DNA of 57,513 bases, filler included, from Bipalium vagum (Eukaryota), in assembly GCA_037834085.1 (NCBI GenBank). It is 3 parts of 3 records of this genome, joined end to end, with 100 filler letters (N's around TTAATTAATTAA, not from the genome) between each part and the next. Parts side by side here need not be neighbours in the genome. Positions count along the whole stretch, not along the records: positions 1 to 21,338 come from JBBMKC010238661.1; 2 more parts are not named here. One strand, given 5' to 3'. Numbering within the stretch: the stretch's first letter is position 1; the number at the start of each line of letters is the position of its first letter. The notes beneath the pieces were generated by a model that made no database searches, was not told the DNA's origin, and saw nothing but the letters and a program-made list of their open reading frames with translations. This document shows, piece by piece, positions 1-13,713 of the stretch. A program made the translations under genes and the position numbers.

Positions 1-104
1 TCTGACCCTTTTGTGGTCTTAATAATTAATTGATAATAATCAATCTAAACCCTATTGCGGTCTCTACAAGGGTTGGCAAGGATGTGTCCTTGGCTAACCC
101 AACA
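1..104 (+). mobile_element. 3' terminal fragment of the RLE non-LTR retrotransposon family (second copy at 8951-9067)
   Basis: Near-identical to 8951-9067 apart from a short indel. Similarity stops sharply after ...CCTTGGCTAACCCAACA. Confidence 0.75.
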
Positions 105-107
105 GAA

Positions 108-335
108 TCATGACAAAGCATCATTGTACACAGCAATAATTATTCGGGAATTCTTGATCAGAAATAAAACTGTTATTATTCCGGCTCCTTATTCACCAAT
201 ATGACTCTATGCGATTTTTTCTATTTCCTCGGCTTAAGTTTGGCATTGCATGGATATCATTTTCCTTCAATTCAACCCATCAAAGAAAAATACTGCTTTG
301 AAGGGTATACCAGAAATTGAGTTATTGTATTACAT
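108..335 (+). mobile_element. degenerate mariner transposase C-terminal remnant
   Basis: Reads HDKASLYTAIIIREFL...PAPYSP, similar to the mariner HDNA...PPYSPDL motifs, with stops and frameshifts. Confidence 0.55.
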
Positions 336-1739
336 GGAAAACACAATCTATAAATATTAATAATAGTACACTACATTTATCTTCCACAAGGTTTTGTTAA
401 ATAATAACTATTTTTCAGACAACCTATCAAATTCTCTGTAATAAAAATTACAATATCAAATAGTTAGGATGTTATATCCTTTAATCCTAAAATACTTTCA
501 TTTAATTTAAGTCAGATTATGTATGGATACGTATTATTAAAATATTTTTTGTTTATTATTCATATTTATTAAAAATCATCATGATAGAATGTTATATATT
601 TTAATTATACTATTTACAATTTTAAAAATTCACATGAAATCAGTTTTCAAAAATATTATTATAAAGTTATTATGTAAAAAATACTTGTGGAAATTAACAA
701 TTAAAATAATCAATGCTTAAAAAAATAGAACTTCATTATTTTATAAAATCTTCACAACCTTTTTTTATTTAAATGCATCAAAATTAATGAACTGTTAATT
801 ACCATTTCAAGGTATATAATATGCTCGGATACAAATTTCATTCACCAAAAATTCAGCAAAATGGGAAATATTTGCAGACCAAAAAAGTAAATATTAATTA
901 ATATAGAATTAATTAATTATTAGTAGAATTGAATTAATCAAGCCGGAAACTTTCAGCAGTTATATATTAAGGAAAAAATATGAGCAGTATTCTCAGAAAC
1001 ATCCACAGAAAATTGTGAGTTGTTTTATTATTATTTTATGTTGAACAATTTGTATTAGGATAAGCCTGCAGTTCATATAACCTGTGTTCAAAGGAATTTT
1101 ATGGTCAAGTTTAGTTAAAATACATTTTAGAAACTTCTCTTTTAAATAATTTTATTTTCACAAAAAATTTTCTTCAAATTTATTATGTTATAAATCTCCA
1201 GAAATAGTTAAAATTATCCTGTGAATGAAATATGCCAAATTTCATTAAAATAGTAATTCTAGTATAGTAAGGTAATAATTTGAGCTAATGTTCACATAGA
1301 AAGGCTAGAACTCAATAAGAGGTTAAGTACAAAAAAAGCTGTCGGAAGTAATTCAGAAAATTGAATCATACACCGCCAAATAGTACATATTTACAATTTT
1401 CAGATGGAAGAGTAATACTTAGGAAATAAAAAATGCTTTTACTAATATTAAAGCTATTAGGATTTTTAAAATATTTTTATATTTTCGCTGTTTTCCTTAA
1501 GTAACAGATTATTATATAATTTTTGAAGATTTATCCGAAGTGCTAGTTATTAAAAGGATTAAAATCCTAAAAATTACTAATGGAATGAAAGATGAATTTT
1601 TAAAACTTATTTTAATATTTTAAAATTTAAGAAAAAAGAAATACCTCAACCAGGATCTAAAAATCAATTAATTATCTATTTTTTGTAAAAATCAAACTTT
1701 GTTTCATATAACAAATAAATTTTATTGAATTAAATATTT

Positions 1740-2060
1740 CCATTTTGTTCGATAACATATAGTTAATCATCTGGTAAATTCATAATGCCATCAATGTAGA
1801 AGTACTGAAATTTCTGATAAAAAAAATTATATTTTACACAGTGCTCTCTTGAAACCTTTGTATCTTCATTAAGAAAATTCTTCAGAGATAGAACCAATTG
1901 GTTGTCCGACGTTGATAGACCTGGTGTATACACTTGGTACATGAGTACTTTCCAGCCAAGTTCTTTCAATTTTTGGCTATTCATTAAGGATGTGTCGGTG
2001 GGCGTTGTCGCGATAAATAGCAGCTTAACTTTCTTTAACCAAAAAATCAAGTATTTGAAA
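1740..2060 (-). mobile_element. mariner transposase C-terminal remnant
   Basis: ORF 1763..2050 reads QKLKELGWKVLMYQVYTPGLSTSDNQLVLSLKNFLN...FYIDGIMNLP, a decayed WEVLPHPPYSPDLAPSDYHLFRSL...GIxxL region. Confidence 0.8.
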
Positions 2061-5000
2061 TATTACGGTGCCGACTAGTCTATTAAAAAAATTCAAACTG
2101 GAACAATACACTGAAAATCTTGGTGAGATGACGAACAGATCATTAAAGTCATATTTCAAAAGCCATTTGTGTTATGTATAGCTGAGTTTCATCAATTCTT
2201 AAAAGCAAATGTTTTTATGCATATATATGATGAAAAATTTTTGAAAGAATTAATTAATTTTAAAAAAAAATTTCACTGGATCACAATTTATTCAGGCATA
2301 ATATCATCAGTAAAGGTTACAAATAAATATTTTATAATTATTATTAATATCAGTACAAGAAAAATTATAATAATATTATAACAATTTAACAGTATCATAT
2401 ATTAATGAAACTGTTTTTATATGCCTTATGTACAAAAAGTAGGTCAAAAATATTTTAAAAATCAATAAAAATTTTGCGATTTATTTACAGAAAATTTGTT
2501 TTAATAATATACTTCTTTATACAGAATTTTCTATCTTTACAAATCGAATATTTTTCGTTCCATATCTTTGTATTTATTGTAATATTTGATGTCACAAGAT
2601 AATGTTATTACTATTGATATTACCAATACCATTATGAATGAAATATATCATTTAAACAATTTTAATAAATCAGAATTTAAATTAAGCGTCAATCACCTAA
2701 GGGTGTGAATCTAACCCTTAAACCCAAAGGTGGAATTCTAAACGGAAAAATAAATATATTAAAGAACTTTTATAATATAATGCTAAGAATACACCATCCA
2801 TAATATTTGTGTCAAACTTATAAAATTAACATAACAGCGAACCAATTAACAATACGTTTCAAGATTAATTATTAACAGGATCAAAATCAAAGTTTACTAT
2901 ATTTACTTTAATAAGTTCTTTTGTTCTTATAGTTTACTGGTATAAAAAAATGATAAAAACGATTCGTTCATTGGGATCATTATAGCCATCATTTCGATGA
3001 AGGTATGTTTCGAATTTATTTTTCCAGTTCAATAAATTTTTAATATTCCATTTATTACTTAATTTTTTCTTCCTAAATCTATTAAACAAAAATGGTGCTT
3101 TTTTAAGAAATAATTTTTAATTTTTATAAAGCAAGAAAATGTTTATCTTCGTGCCGAATTCGCAAAGATTTTAATTTCGTTATACTTCCCAAAGATCTGT
3201 CTCTAAAATATTAATATGAGAAATATCAAAAGATTATTATAAACTTTAATTTCGTGAAATGTGTTTAATTAATATTTACAAAACATTTTTTTCTATTAAT
3301 AGTGAAATCCGTTTTATATAGAAGTTCGTCATTTCCGAGGAACACCATAATTAATAAATCAAATCCGTTTTGTTGCAAACATATAAATAAATAAAATATA
3401 ATTATTTTTATTTATGTATCACAAACTTGCGAAACACACCATTAATTATGTCTAAGGATGTTTGCGGATATATTTCCATGCCTATTAATAGAATGAGACA
3501 ATTTGAAAGCTGATTATTAAAACAACAAATTATTATTCTACATTTTAAGTTATTGTTTTAATAAATGAAAATATTATTAATGTTTTTGCTTATTAAATAT
3601 TTTGAAAAAATTTAGGATAACAATGTAATTAAAATAAGAAAAATTACGGGTCATTAAAAGACCTTTCTTCATTTTTTTTTATTATTTTATAATTATTTCA
3701 AAATTTTTACATTCATTATACCAAAATTCTAATTTAAAAAATACTTAGAAAGTAAAATTAATAAATAAAATAGTCACAATAATATATTCTCTATTATATA
3801 TATATATAACATTATTAATTATATTATTAGTTTTTATTTTATTAAATATTTTCAAAACAAAGGCATTAATTATATAATTATAAATAAAAATAATAACTTA
3901 AAATAAAGAATTAAATTTTTTTATTTTTCCGTTATTGTTCTTTAAATTGTAAAATACAATTTGTAAATTCTGGAAACAATAGACGTGAAAAAGAAATATT
4001 TACGTAAGCAATTTCTCATATGATTTAATTAAAATTCAGATTATACTTTACTCAATATATGCGCACCGGATGAATTTGTCCATTGAAATTAAATTCACAA
4101 TGTACTTTATTCTGTAATCAAAATAGATAAATACTTTAAAATATAAATAATAATGATTTAAAAATTTTTCCTTTGTTTATTTATTCTTTTAAAATATTTT
4201 TGATTTATTTTCTTTGAATAGGATGACTTAGAAATAAGGATGAGAAACAAAAATATTTGTTTTTTCAAAGGAATTTTTAAGTTCCACAGAGAGATATTCA
4301 CTAAGGCAAATGATCTTTTATAAAAGATTTTATAGTTTTCGATTATAGTTTAAAACATTAATTTGAGAACAATTTTGAAGCTGAATAATATAATTTTAAA
4401 AAATATAAAAATGAAAATTGATTTTGAGATAATTTGATCAGATGAATGTTACGACCAATCACCGAAGTATTTGATATTCGTTTCTTAATTTTATATTAGT
4501 AATATGAATATTAGTAATCGAGGTATATAGTGAACACTAATGAGTAGTTATTCCTATGATCGCAAACCAATGATAAGCAAATATATTGAACAAATAATTA
4601 ATACATACATAAAAACATAATTATGATTTTTAAGATATTAGAAAGGATTTCTTTCACATAAGATAAAGTTCTTTTACCATAGACAGACAAGGTTCTTAAA
4701 AAAAAGAAATTTATTTTTTGTTAGTAAATTTATTTTATTATTGAAAGTATTACTATTACAATATTTTATTATTATCATTATTATTGTCATTAAAAATCCA
4801 ACATCCTTATGAAATGTCTGCTGATAATTATAGCAGCCGTAAGGTCAAAATTGTAAAATACTTAGAAAATAAATTTTACTTCATACTTTTTTTCGAAAGA
4901 TTTACGATTTACGGTTGAAATTTAAGTAATGGAAATAATTATAATTTAATAATGATTATTGTTTAAACAATCAAAACAGGAACGAAAGATTGTTTTTTAA

Positions 5001-6489
5001 AATATATTTCTGAATTATGGAATTTCTTCTCGATAATACTGAACAGATGTACAATTTACAATTTGAGTAATTTCTTAATTGAAATTTTCTCAAATTATTT
5101 TTCTTTCATTAGTTTTGTGTTTAATAATGCTTAAAATGACATTTATTGCCTATTTACAGCTGACATCCACGACTTTTCTCCCTTCAGATTATAAAGAATT
5201 CTAAATATAAAAAGGCTAAGCATTAGACGGAAGCATTTTGTGTATACTTAGAACTTCACTCGCACATATATGAAGGTCAAGAATGTCTGATATCTGTGTA
5301 GAAGGATAATTAAGTTAGTTCACCTTCATGCTTAACCGACATTCAAAAATTTTAAGCAAATTTTTTAGTTCTTAACTTAGCACAAAATGCGTTATATATT
5401 TTACTAATTTGATATTAACTATCAAGGAACAAGTTTCACTGGACTCCATGATCTTATCTTTGTAAGAAGTATCAAGTCACAAAATTAAAAATAGAAATAA
5501 ACTTAAATTAATATATTTCAGCTACTGACAACTGTCAACATATGTTTGCCATTTACATTTAAAAGGAAATAAAATAATTGTAAAATGTGCGAGCCATAGC
5601 ACGAACGGGTAGACTGAGTCAAAAGCATTCTATATAATACTTAATAAGACAATAAATGTTTATAAAATTGAGTATCTCGTAGTGCATGAAAGACACTCGC
5701 ACAATTTTTGCAGTCTTCTATTTCAAAATTTTTATTTGAATAATATACTAAGATGAAAAATATTTATTTTACATTAATATTCCATAAATTTATAAGGCTT
5801 GATATTTATTTATGTAAAGTTCTATAAAATAACCCAATAGTACTAAGCATAATACTCCGAAGTACTGGGTAAAAAATGTATAAGATTGAAATTCAGTGCC
5901 ACTATGAAACGATTGAAACTAATCGGGGAATTTTTTGATACTTCGGATAACGATGGGCTTATGATTCCCTCACAAGTTGTCTCTTGAAAATTAAAATCAA
6001 ATTAAGCTAATAATAATAATAATAAGTCATCTGATAAGTATAAGAGGAATTGGAGTTCGCAGTGGACGGCCACAGAAAGAGAACGAATAAATTTGTATTT
6101 TTGAATATTGATGACTTTCGTCTAAAGAATTTATTGGGAAATTTTCTTTGAAGACGTTACCGCAAGATCTTTTCCGAAGAATTTATCACAAAACAGTCAT
6201 CGGAAGAAAATATTTGCAGATTCAATTTGTTGAATATTTGTTATGCCCAATATTTTGCGATAGGAACCAACGATGGGTCCTGCGCTGTTAGGTCGTTTCT
6301 GATCGAACCGGGTGGAACTCAGCAAATGCACTTTTGGATCCATCGCAAACTGGGTCGATGAGACTTGTGTCTATTGTTATTTTTGTTGGTTTTTTGAAAA
6401 TTTAATTAATTCTTAGACATTTTGAATCGAACTGATTATTTGATTTAATTGATTAGTAGTTATTATTTTTTTGATTTTGCAGTATTGTT

Positions 6490-9067
6490 TTATCGTTTAC
6501 CTCGAGAAATTTTACATTTAAGACTATGTGATCGCCACTGTATTTGTGAGAGAATATTCAACAAAATTAATTCCAAAGCCGAAGAAAAACGATTACTCAA
6601 AAGTCAATGTTTGGCGTCCGATGGCCCTGCTAAATACGAGCTACAAGCTCTATACGTCAATTCTTTGCACAGTTAGAAGACTGGGTTTGGGAAGAGACGA
6701 TGATGCACAAAAATAAAAAATCATTACGGAACTTTGAAGGGAACTTTGATCCGAACACAGCTTCATGCTGACTCTGAAAATCGAGGAAGCTAAATTAAAG
6801 AAGGATCTTTTAATTCGCTTCATTGATATTGCAGGTGCATTCGAAAGTCTGCCGATCAGAGTTATATTAGACATAGTAGAAAGACACAGAGTTGATAAGA
6901 ATACATGACAAATAACCGAAGACTTTTATCAAAATTGCAAAACCAGACCCTTAAAGGTTAAGAGGGGGGTAAGGCAGGGCTGTCCATTATCTATGTTATT
7001 TTTTAATATAACGATAAATACGGTTTTGACAGAAAACTACAGAAGATCCCCTCAGTTGGAATTTACAGTACTTGCTTACGCTGATGACTTACCTGTTGTT
7101 GCCAACAAGATTGGAGATTTGCAAAACATGGTGAACGATGTAATTAATGTTATCCAGTGATCAGGTATGACAGTAAACGCTTCTAAATGCGTGTTCTTAA
7201 ATCTCTCTAAGAAGAAAATCGGACAGATAACCATCAATGGCAGCCCTATACCGAATACTAAGGATGGTGAATGGTACAGATACATATGTATAGATAGGGG
7301 GTTTAAAATTGAGCGAAACCCTCATCATACCTATGAAATAGTAACGAATTTGAAGCGCAAAATATGGCAAGAGTGGGTTATATCCCTGGCAAGCAGTAAA
7401 GAATATAAGACTTTCCTTCATCCGAGACTGATCTTTGAGTTCCGCAACTATAAAACAGCGGTATCATATTTAAATTGCTCTGAAACAACGACCCAGAGTG
7501 ACGGTACACATTATGGGCTAGATTTTATTCTTAGGAAACATATACGACAATTACTTTCGAACTCACCGTTGTCTCCAAATGGATATTTATACTGTCCAGT
7601 AGAATATGGTGAACTGGGCTGTATATCAACATTTGACGAATATATAATCCAGTCGATCATACAAGCTCGTGGGATGCTGAACACCTCAGTTAAGCAAATT
7701 TTGCATCTAGCCTTGAATTCCTTAAAATCTCAGAAAACCCAGCGACGGCAGAAATAGGCATTGACTGCTTAAACAAAGCACGCAATGAGGCCCTTCAAAG
7801 TTCCTGGTTGTCCAAAATTAGCATGGCTATACATTATTTTGATAAGTACCACAATATCAATATAGCTTTTCAACCGAACAACGACAGCGGAATCATTAAA
7901 ATCATCAAAGCTAGAAATAAAATCACAATCTTTCACAAATTCGCACTCACCCGTAATGTCCATTCTTACATGAGGAAATCGGGAAAAAGATGTTTGAGAA
8001 TTGGGCTAACTTGTGCCGCGCAGGAATACTGGCCAAAAAATTGTCATAAATGGACGGGCACCTGTGCAGTACAGATGAATGGTACTTTATTCAGAAGTAT
8101 CGGACTAATGATTTACCAATCAATAAAAAATTGAAAAAACCCGGCAACTGTAGATATTGCTGTGGAAAAGAAGAAACTGCTTCACACGCCTTATGCAGCT
8201 GCATCTACATAATGCCTATGGTACGAAAAAGGCACAATGATGTACGCGATATCTTAATTGATTTGCTGTCCACACTTAAAATGGAATGGGAAATGCACGT
8301 TGAAAAGAAAGGAATTTTTCAGGAAAAAAAATTAATTCCTGACATACAATTGCTAAATAAGAGGCTTAAAAGGTACCTAATTATAGACGTCAAAGTCCTC
8401 TTTGAATCATAGATTTCTATCAAGGGCAAACAAGCAAAAATATCAGACTTTTTTGGACGAAGCTCAATCCGAACTAGGAAGAACATGGTACTATGATATC
8501 AGAACATTTATAATCTGAGCCGGGGTTCGTGGATCTCATCAAACTACAAAACACTCGGAGCATTTGGATTTAAAATAGTAGAAAATAATTCAATTATGGA
8601 AAAATGTGTTACGATATTATCTCACTATGAACACTGTCATAACCTTAGCTCGCAAAGTTACTGACCCCTTCACTTTTGCCTATACGTGCACGCAAATGAA
8701 TGAATCAAACAACTATGAACAATAATTTATTGCTAAAATAACAATCAATCAATCGTAGACCAGCTTTATCAATGTGGAATGTCAATTCCCTTTTTAGCTT
8801 GATAATTCTAAATCGGTCCCTTCTTTCGGACCCTGGTATAATCTTGGGAATTTAGGTTCGCCATTGTCAAGATCAGATCCTTTTTGGAAATAATTAATTG
8901 TCTCTTTTTGATGTACTTTTTAATTAATTAATTATTATTATTAAATTATTTCTGACCCTCTTGCGATCTTAATAATTAATTGATAATAACCAATCTAAAT
9001 CCTATTGCGGTCTCTACCATATACTTTTACAAGGGTTGGCAGGGATGTGTCCTTGGCTAACCCAACA
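6490..9067 (+). mobile_element. 5'-truncated, decayed non-LTR retrotransposon with RT, CCHC knuckle and restriction-like endonuclease (R2/NeSL/R4-type group), plus 3' UTR
   Basis: RT motifs WRPMALLNTSYKLY, FIDIAGAFESL, KRGVRQGCPLSMLFFN and LAYADDL. CCHC knuckle CRYCCGKEETASHALCSC followed by RHNDV. RLE PDI...IIDVK. Multiple stops and frameshifts. Confidence 0.9.
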
Positions 9068-9237
9068 AATTTGCAGCCAGGACGATCATTAATACACATA
9101 ATATCTGGAAAAAATTCATAGCCAGAGCATAGACAAACATTTAAAAACTTCTCCATGTTAATGACAACCATATCTTTGATTTGAGATAAATCACCGTTTT
9201 TGTTTTTTTTGTTTTTCTGAAATAAAGTTTTATTTCT

Positions 9238-9318
9238 AGTTGTTTTGATTCGTTTATTTGCGTACACATTTTGACAAAAGTGAAGGGGTCAGTAAAGTTT
9301 ACGAGCTAAGTGTTACGA
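9238..9318 (-). repeat. inverted ~80-bp copy of 8637-8715 (retroelement ORF end / 3' UTR start)
   Basis: The reverse complement (cttagctcgtaaactttactgaccccttcacttttg...cgcaaataaacgaatcaaaacaacta) aligns to 8644-8715. Confidence 0.8.
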
Positions 9319-10924
9319 ATCATTCTGAATTGAACGATATTTTTAATGATGAACCAAAAAGCCAGATAGAAAAGAATAACGATGGTCAAAATCTAACTGA
9401 CTGAGATGAATAGTTAATATAAAAATGTGACTAATTAAAAAACCCTAAGTTGTGATAAGCCTTTTCTAAATTTTATTTTGTAGAAAAATGCCATACTATA
9501 CTCACAGCAATAAGCTGATGATTTATGTTCAAAAAATATTATGTAAAACCTTGTTGTAAAAATACATTTTTGCTCATTCGAATTCCGGTGTCTCCGATTA
9601 ATTTTCAACTAACACTAAAATAATGATGATAAGATACAGTAATAGTTAAAAGATGGTTAATTAAATGTCATGTGATTATTAAAAAAGGTTTATGCGATAT
9701 TTTTAACTGGAATTACCAGAATAGATTTAAACACATCATTCTAATCGAAGGCTCATAAAGTATCTATTGGTTTTCAGTTATAATCAGAAAATTCAGATTA
9801 GAAGTGCAAAAAATTCAATTTCAATTATGTTTAGTTTTGATCATAATTTGAATGAATGTATGAGAGATGGGCAACTTAACATAAACGGTTTCCTATCAAA
9901 GGGATTTATTTTTGTTTAAAGTAAGGAGTAAACTTTTAGGAGATTTAAAGTAAGGATTTTATCAAATATTAACACAAAATTACCTAAAATCAATAAATCT
10001 CAAATAAGTACTGTATTAAACAGAATGTTAATATATTTATCACCAATATTTAAACCAATGTAAAAACAATGAATCTAACCTATTTAATCAAAAATAAAAC
10101 TCTGAATCGACTTGAACGTATAGCAAATAAGTCTAGGTCAATTTTTTTATAAAAATAGTTTTATCTTCACAATTACAATTACTATTACAATTGAATTTTA
10201 ATTTAAGGAAGATCCAAAAGAAAAGATTAAAGGAAAGTCAGGTCACCATTCTATAACTACTCTCCCAAACCCTCAGATAAAAATTTTGTTCTCAGTTTTA
10301 CTTCACCTATAGAGTTAAAAAAGATACTAAGTAACAAAAATAATTTAATTATTTCATTCTAGTTCAAAATACTTATTTATTATTTGTCTGGAATCATGAA
10401 ATTCATATTAAAATTTAAAATTTTCAGATTATTATATTACTTTATTTGATAATCGAATCACTTACAAACTAAATAAAGAATTAATGTTCAAATATAATAA
10501 AGGTAAATGTTTCTGTTTCAATATTCTTTTGCACTGTCTGAACCTGAGATTGAGCCTTGGAATCTTCACAAATCGATCAATCCTTTAAGTACACCTAGCA
10601 TAAAATATAATGGAAAAATTTTCCACTAATTAAAGAATGTCGAATTTATTATTATTAAGATATTTTGAAATAAAAATTAATTAAAATTATTATTATATCA
10701 AATTTAATATTATTCCTATTATTTTGATTATTTAAAGAAAAACTAATAGAATTAAAATCTCTTGTGTAGTTATATTTGAAATCTTAAGGACCTATCAACA
10801 TTAGTAATGGAAACGGCAATAAATTTTAAAAATCTGATCTGTGGCTTTAAATAGAATTTTTTTACAAAGTTCAAAGTAAAAATTATCTACCCATACAATG
10901 TCAAACCTGATTTGTACTAAGATT

Positions 10925-11300
10925 ATGAAATCTCTATGGTTGGTTTGCATGGACATCACTTACTTCAAACTAGTACCCTAACTAGATAGTTTATTTCAGT
11001 GTATACTGTCAGCAACTAGCAAATTAAAAACTGTTTGAAGGAGAAGCATTCAGAATTTGTAAATCGTAAAGGGTTTTATTTAGTCATACATCTTTGGTCA
11101 ATCTCAGAAATTTGGTTGAAATATTCTACAGGAGCCACTTTATAATCATAATATTTCCATCGGTTTTTCCCTATACAAGACTGTTGGTGGGAAAGCTACA
11201 GCTCTGAAGATATATAAAGCAATTTCTTTTTTAAAAAATAAAATTTTAGGAAGATGAAATAAGGATAATACCTGAGATTGTAACTCAATGTTAAACAAAA
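10925..11300 (+). mobile_element. degenerate mariner remnant
   Basis: Fragments such as YCQQLAN*KL and EKHSEFVNRKG resemble mariner YxQQL...EKRPxLVNRKG. Confidence 0.5.
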
Positions 11301-11984
11301 TTTTCAAGTTTTTTTTATTTCAAAATTTCTTTTTTATGATATTGTAAAAAATGAAGACTTTTGGGAGACCCTAATATTGAACTCAAAGTAAATTAGAACG
11401 AATAATTTTCTATTATTAATTAAAAATAATAAATTCAATTGAAATATCAAATTTTCAACTCCGCGTAAATATTCAGTTAGCGAACGAAGGTTAAATAAAT
11501 TTGAAAGATAATGGTCACTTCACTTCTTCTATAAGTCATTGTTCTCATATCGAATAGTATCAAACTTGAATCAATTTGATCCATTTGATTTAAAGGTGAA
11601 ATCCAATTACATTAATACTTTAATTCAGATTAATACTGTAACCCAATACAGTTAAACTTTATAAATTTGTGGATACATAAATATACTACTACTTTTCATG
11701 AATATTTTTATATATCGTTACTATAATTTATTTACGCTTAAAAGTCACATTTAAAATTCCATCACAGAACTATCCAAAATGGAGTTTGTTTGATATTACC
11801 CATTTTGAACCTATGGCACTGTTTAACATTTTTATTTATAAATCAAATAGGTAAACAAAGGTAATGTTTGATTAATAAAAATCAAATGAGAAATTTGATA
11901 ACTTCATTAATGTTTATTTCCATTTACAATGTGAGTTGGAAAACACAAAATATCGATAAAATATTTCCGTACCTAATTATTTAC

Positions 11985-12892
11985 TTATTGATTCAATTTA
12001 ATTCTCTTTGGAACAGGTTCACTTTTCTTCAACCATCTCGATCTCATAGCACTAGGATCAACTTTTCTTCGAACCTGTCCCAGCCAAATCAGATCGGCAC
12101 AAAGGTTTCTCCCAGTAACACTTATCTGTCGGATATCATTCAGTGCTTCCAACGTGTCCATAACCGACAAATCAGGAGCCAGCTCAACAAAAGCACAACT
12201 GCGACAAAAAAGATTTCGTTAAGGATGATAAATTAATCACATTCAATGTCATCAATAAAAAAATCAAAAGAATGTTTAATCAAAAATCTACATTTGGTCT
12301 TCTTTGAAAAATCGAGTCCAGATCGATTATATGTACAAAATATTAAAATCAATTAATTTAATATTAAACCTAGATTTTTCATTGAAATTTAGAAAGTAAT
12401 AAAACTTATTATTTTCAATCAATAATGGTAATATCAACAAACCTGCCGAACTCCTGTATCATGGTGGAAAATCTAACAATGTTTGGAATCGTTTCCAGTT
12501 TCCTGGTATGTCTGCAATCGGAAATATTATAAACAAAAACGTAATTGCTTCGATGAATCGTGTCAAGCTTTTTTGACAACAATTCAACAGTCTCTTCAGA
12601 CTGCAAATAAACTTCTGACACCTCGATAGTTTTTCCAATGATTTTTGTATCCATGATTCGTTCCAGAGCACTTGACCATTTATCTACTGTTTGATCGGGA
12701 TAGTATATAAATGCAACCCTTTAATAATTTGAAAAAAAACTGAATCTCTCTTCAAGAAAAGATCTGGAAAATTTACCGATGATCGTTACATGGCATGATA
12801 GTCATAGCGTCTTCATCAATGGGAAGAAATGAGAATATCGAAGTCTCGGTAGTATTTGCTAGATTATTGACGAAAATGAAGTCCGATTTCAT
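11985..12892 (-). CDS. spliced gene, ~201 aa, with two divergent RRM-like domains and a basic C-terminus (exons 12892-12777, 12718-12443, 12198-11985)
   Basis: Phase-consistent GT-AG introns give MKSDFIFVNNL...HRVAFIYY...IIGKTIEVSEVYLQ...NYVFVYNI...FGSCAFVEL...VTGRNLCADLIWLG...KKSEPVPKRIKLNQ, with RNP2-like and RNP1-like motifs at RRM spacing. Confidence 0.75.
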
Positions 12893-13713
12893 TAAATTGT
12901 AAGGCAAAGACAGTTGTCTGAATAAAAAATATTTTTATAAATTCCAAACATATTACCGTCATTTTTCATCATTAAAAGATGTGAACTACTGAATAATCAT
13001 GATAAAAATATAGGGCTTACAAAAATGAAAGTTCTTCTTGTGGACATTTTTCAAAAAAATCAATATCTGTTATTAAATATCTAATTTTTATCGAAATCGT
13101 ATTTCTTTCATTTTTAAAACCAGTGATTGATACTTCTTAAAATTGATTATTATCAAAATGTAAATGAAAATGTTTAATACAATTTTATAAACATTTTTAA
13201 GAAAAAACAGAAATGATTTAAAAATCTTAACTTAAAAATTAATAATATTTTACTGAATTATTTTTTGAACTCGTACTAGATATGGATTAGCAGATTAGGT
13301 AATTTTCATTTACTTTTTATGATCTAACCTGTAAAAAAGCAAAAAATATAAATTCTCCTTAAATTAAGCTGGGACTGCATATTAGAAATTGTAACTTACA
13401 AATGTGATATTATTGAAAATCAATTAAATAATTAAAAAATATTATTAATTAAATTAGAGATTGCATATCAGATTTTAATTGCAAAATAACTTGATTTCAT
13501 TAATAATTTATTTTATAATTTATTAATGCACAAGAAATCTTTTTAAAAACGTTTGGATTTCAATTTAAAGCAGTCAGAAACATTCATTTTTATTCATAAT
13601 GTATCTAATTAAGAACTATTTAGTAATATATCAAACAAAAAAATCAATAAATGATTTTATCTTTATAAATGGCATTTTTCAACACAAGTGAATCTTATGG
13701 ATTTAAAAATAGC

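Noticed and set aside
88-104. CCTTGGCTAA as a U2 snRNA target (Utopia-like) or histone stem-loop
   Set aside because: The resemblance covers only ~10 nt; flanking U2 sequence and the histone 6-bp stem/4-nt loop consensus are absent.
4815-4860. CTGCTGATAATTATAGCAG-CCGTAAGG-TCAAAA, hammerhead-like (similar CGAAACGTC on minus at ~19565)
   Set aside because: The catalytic core (CUGANGA, GAAA) is not intact in either case.
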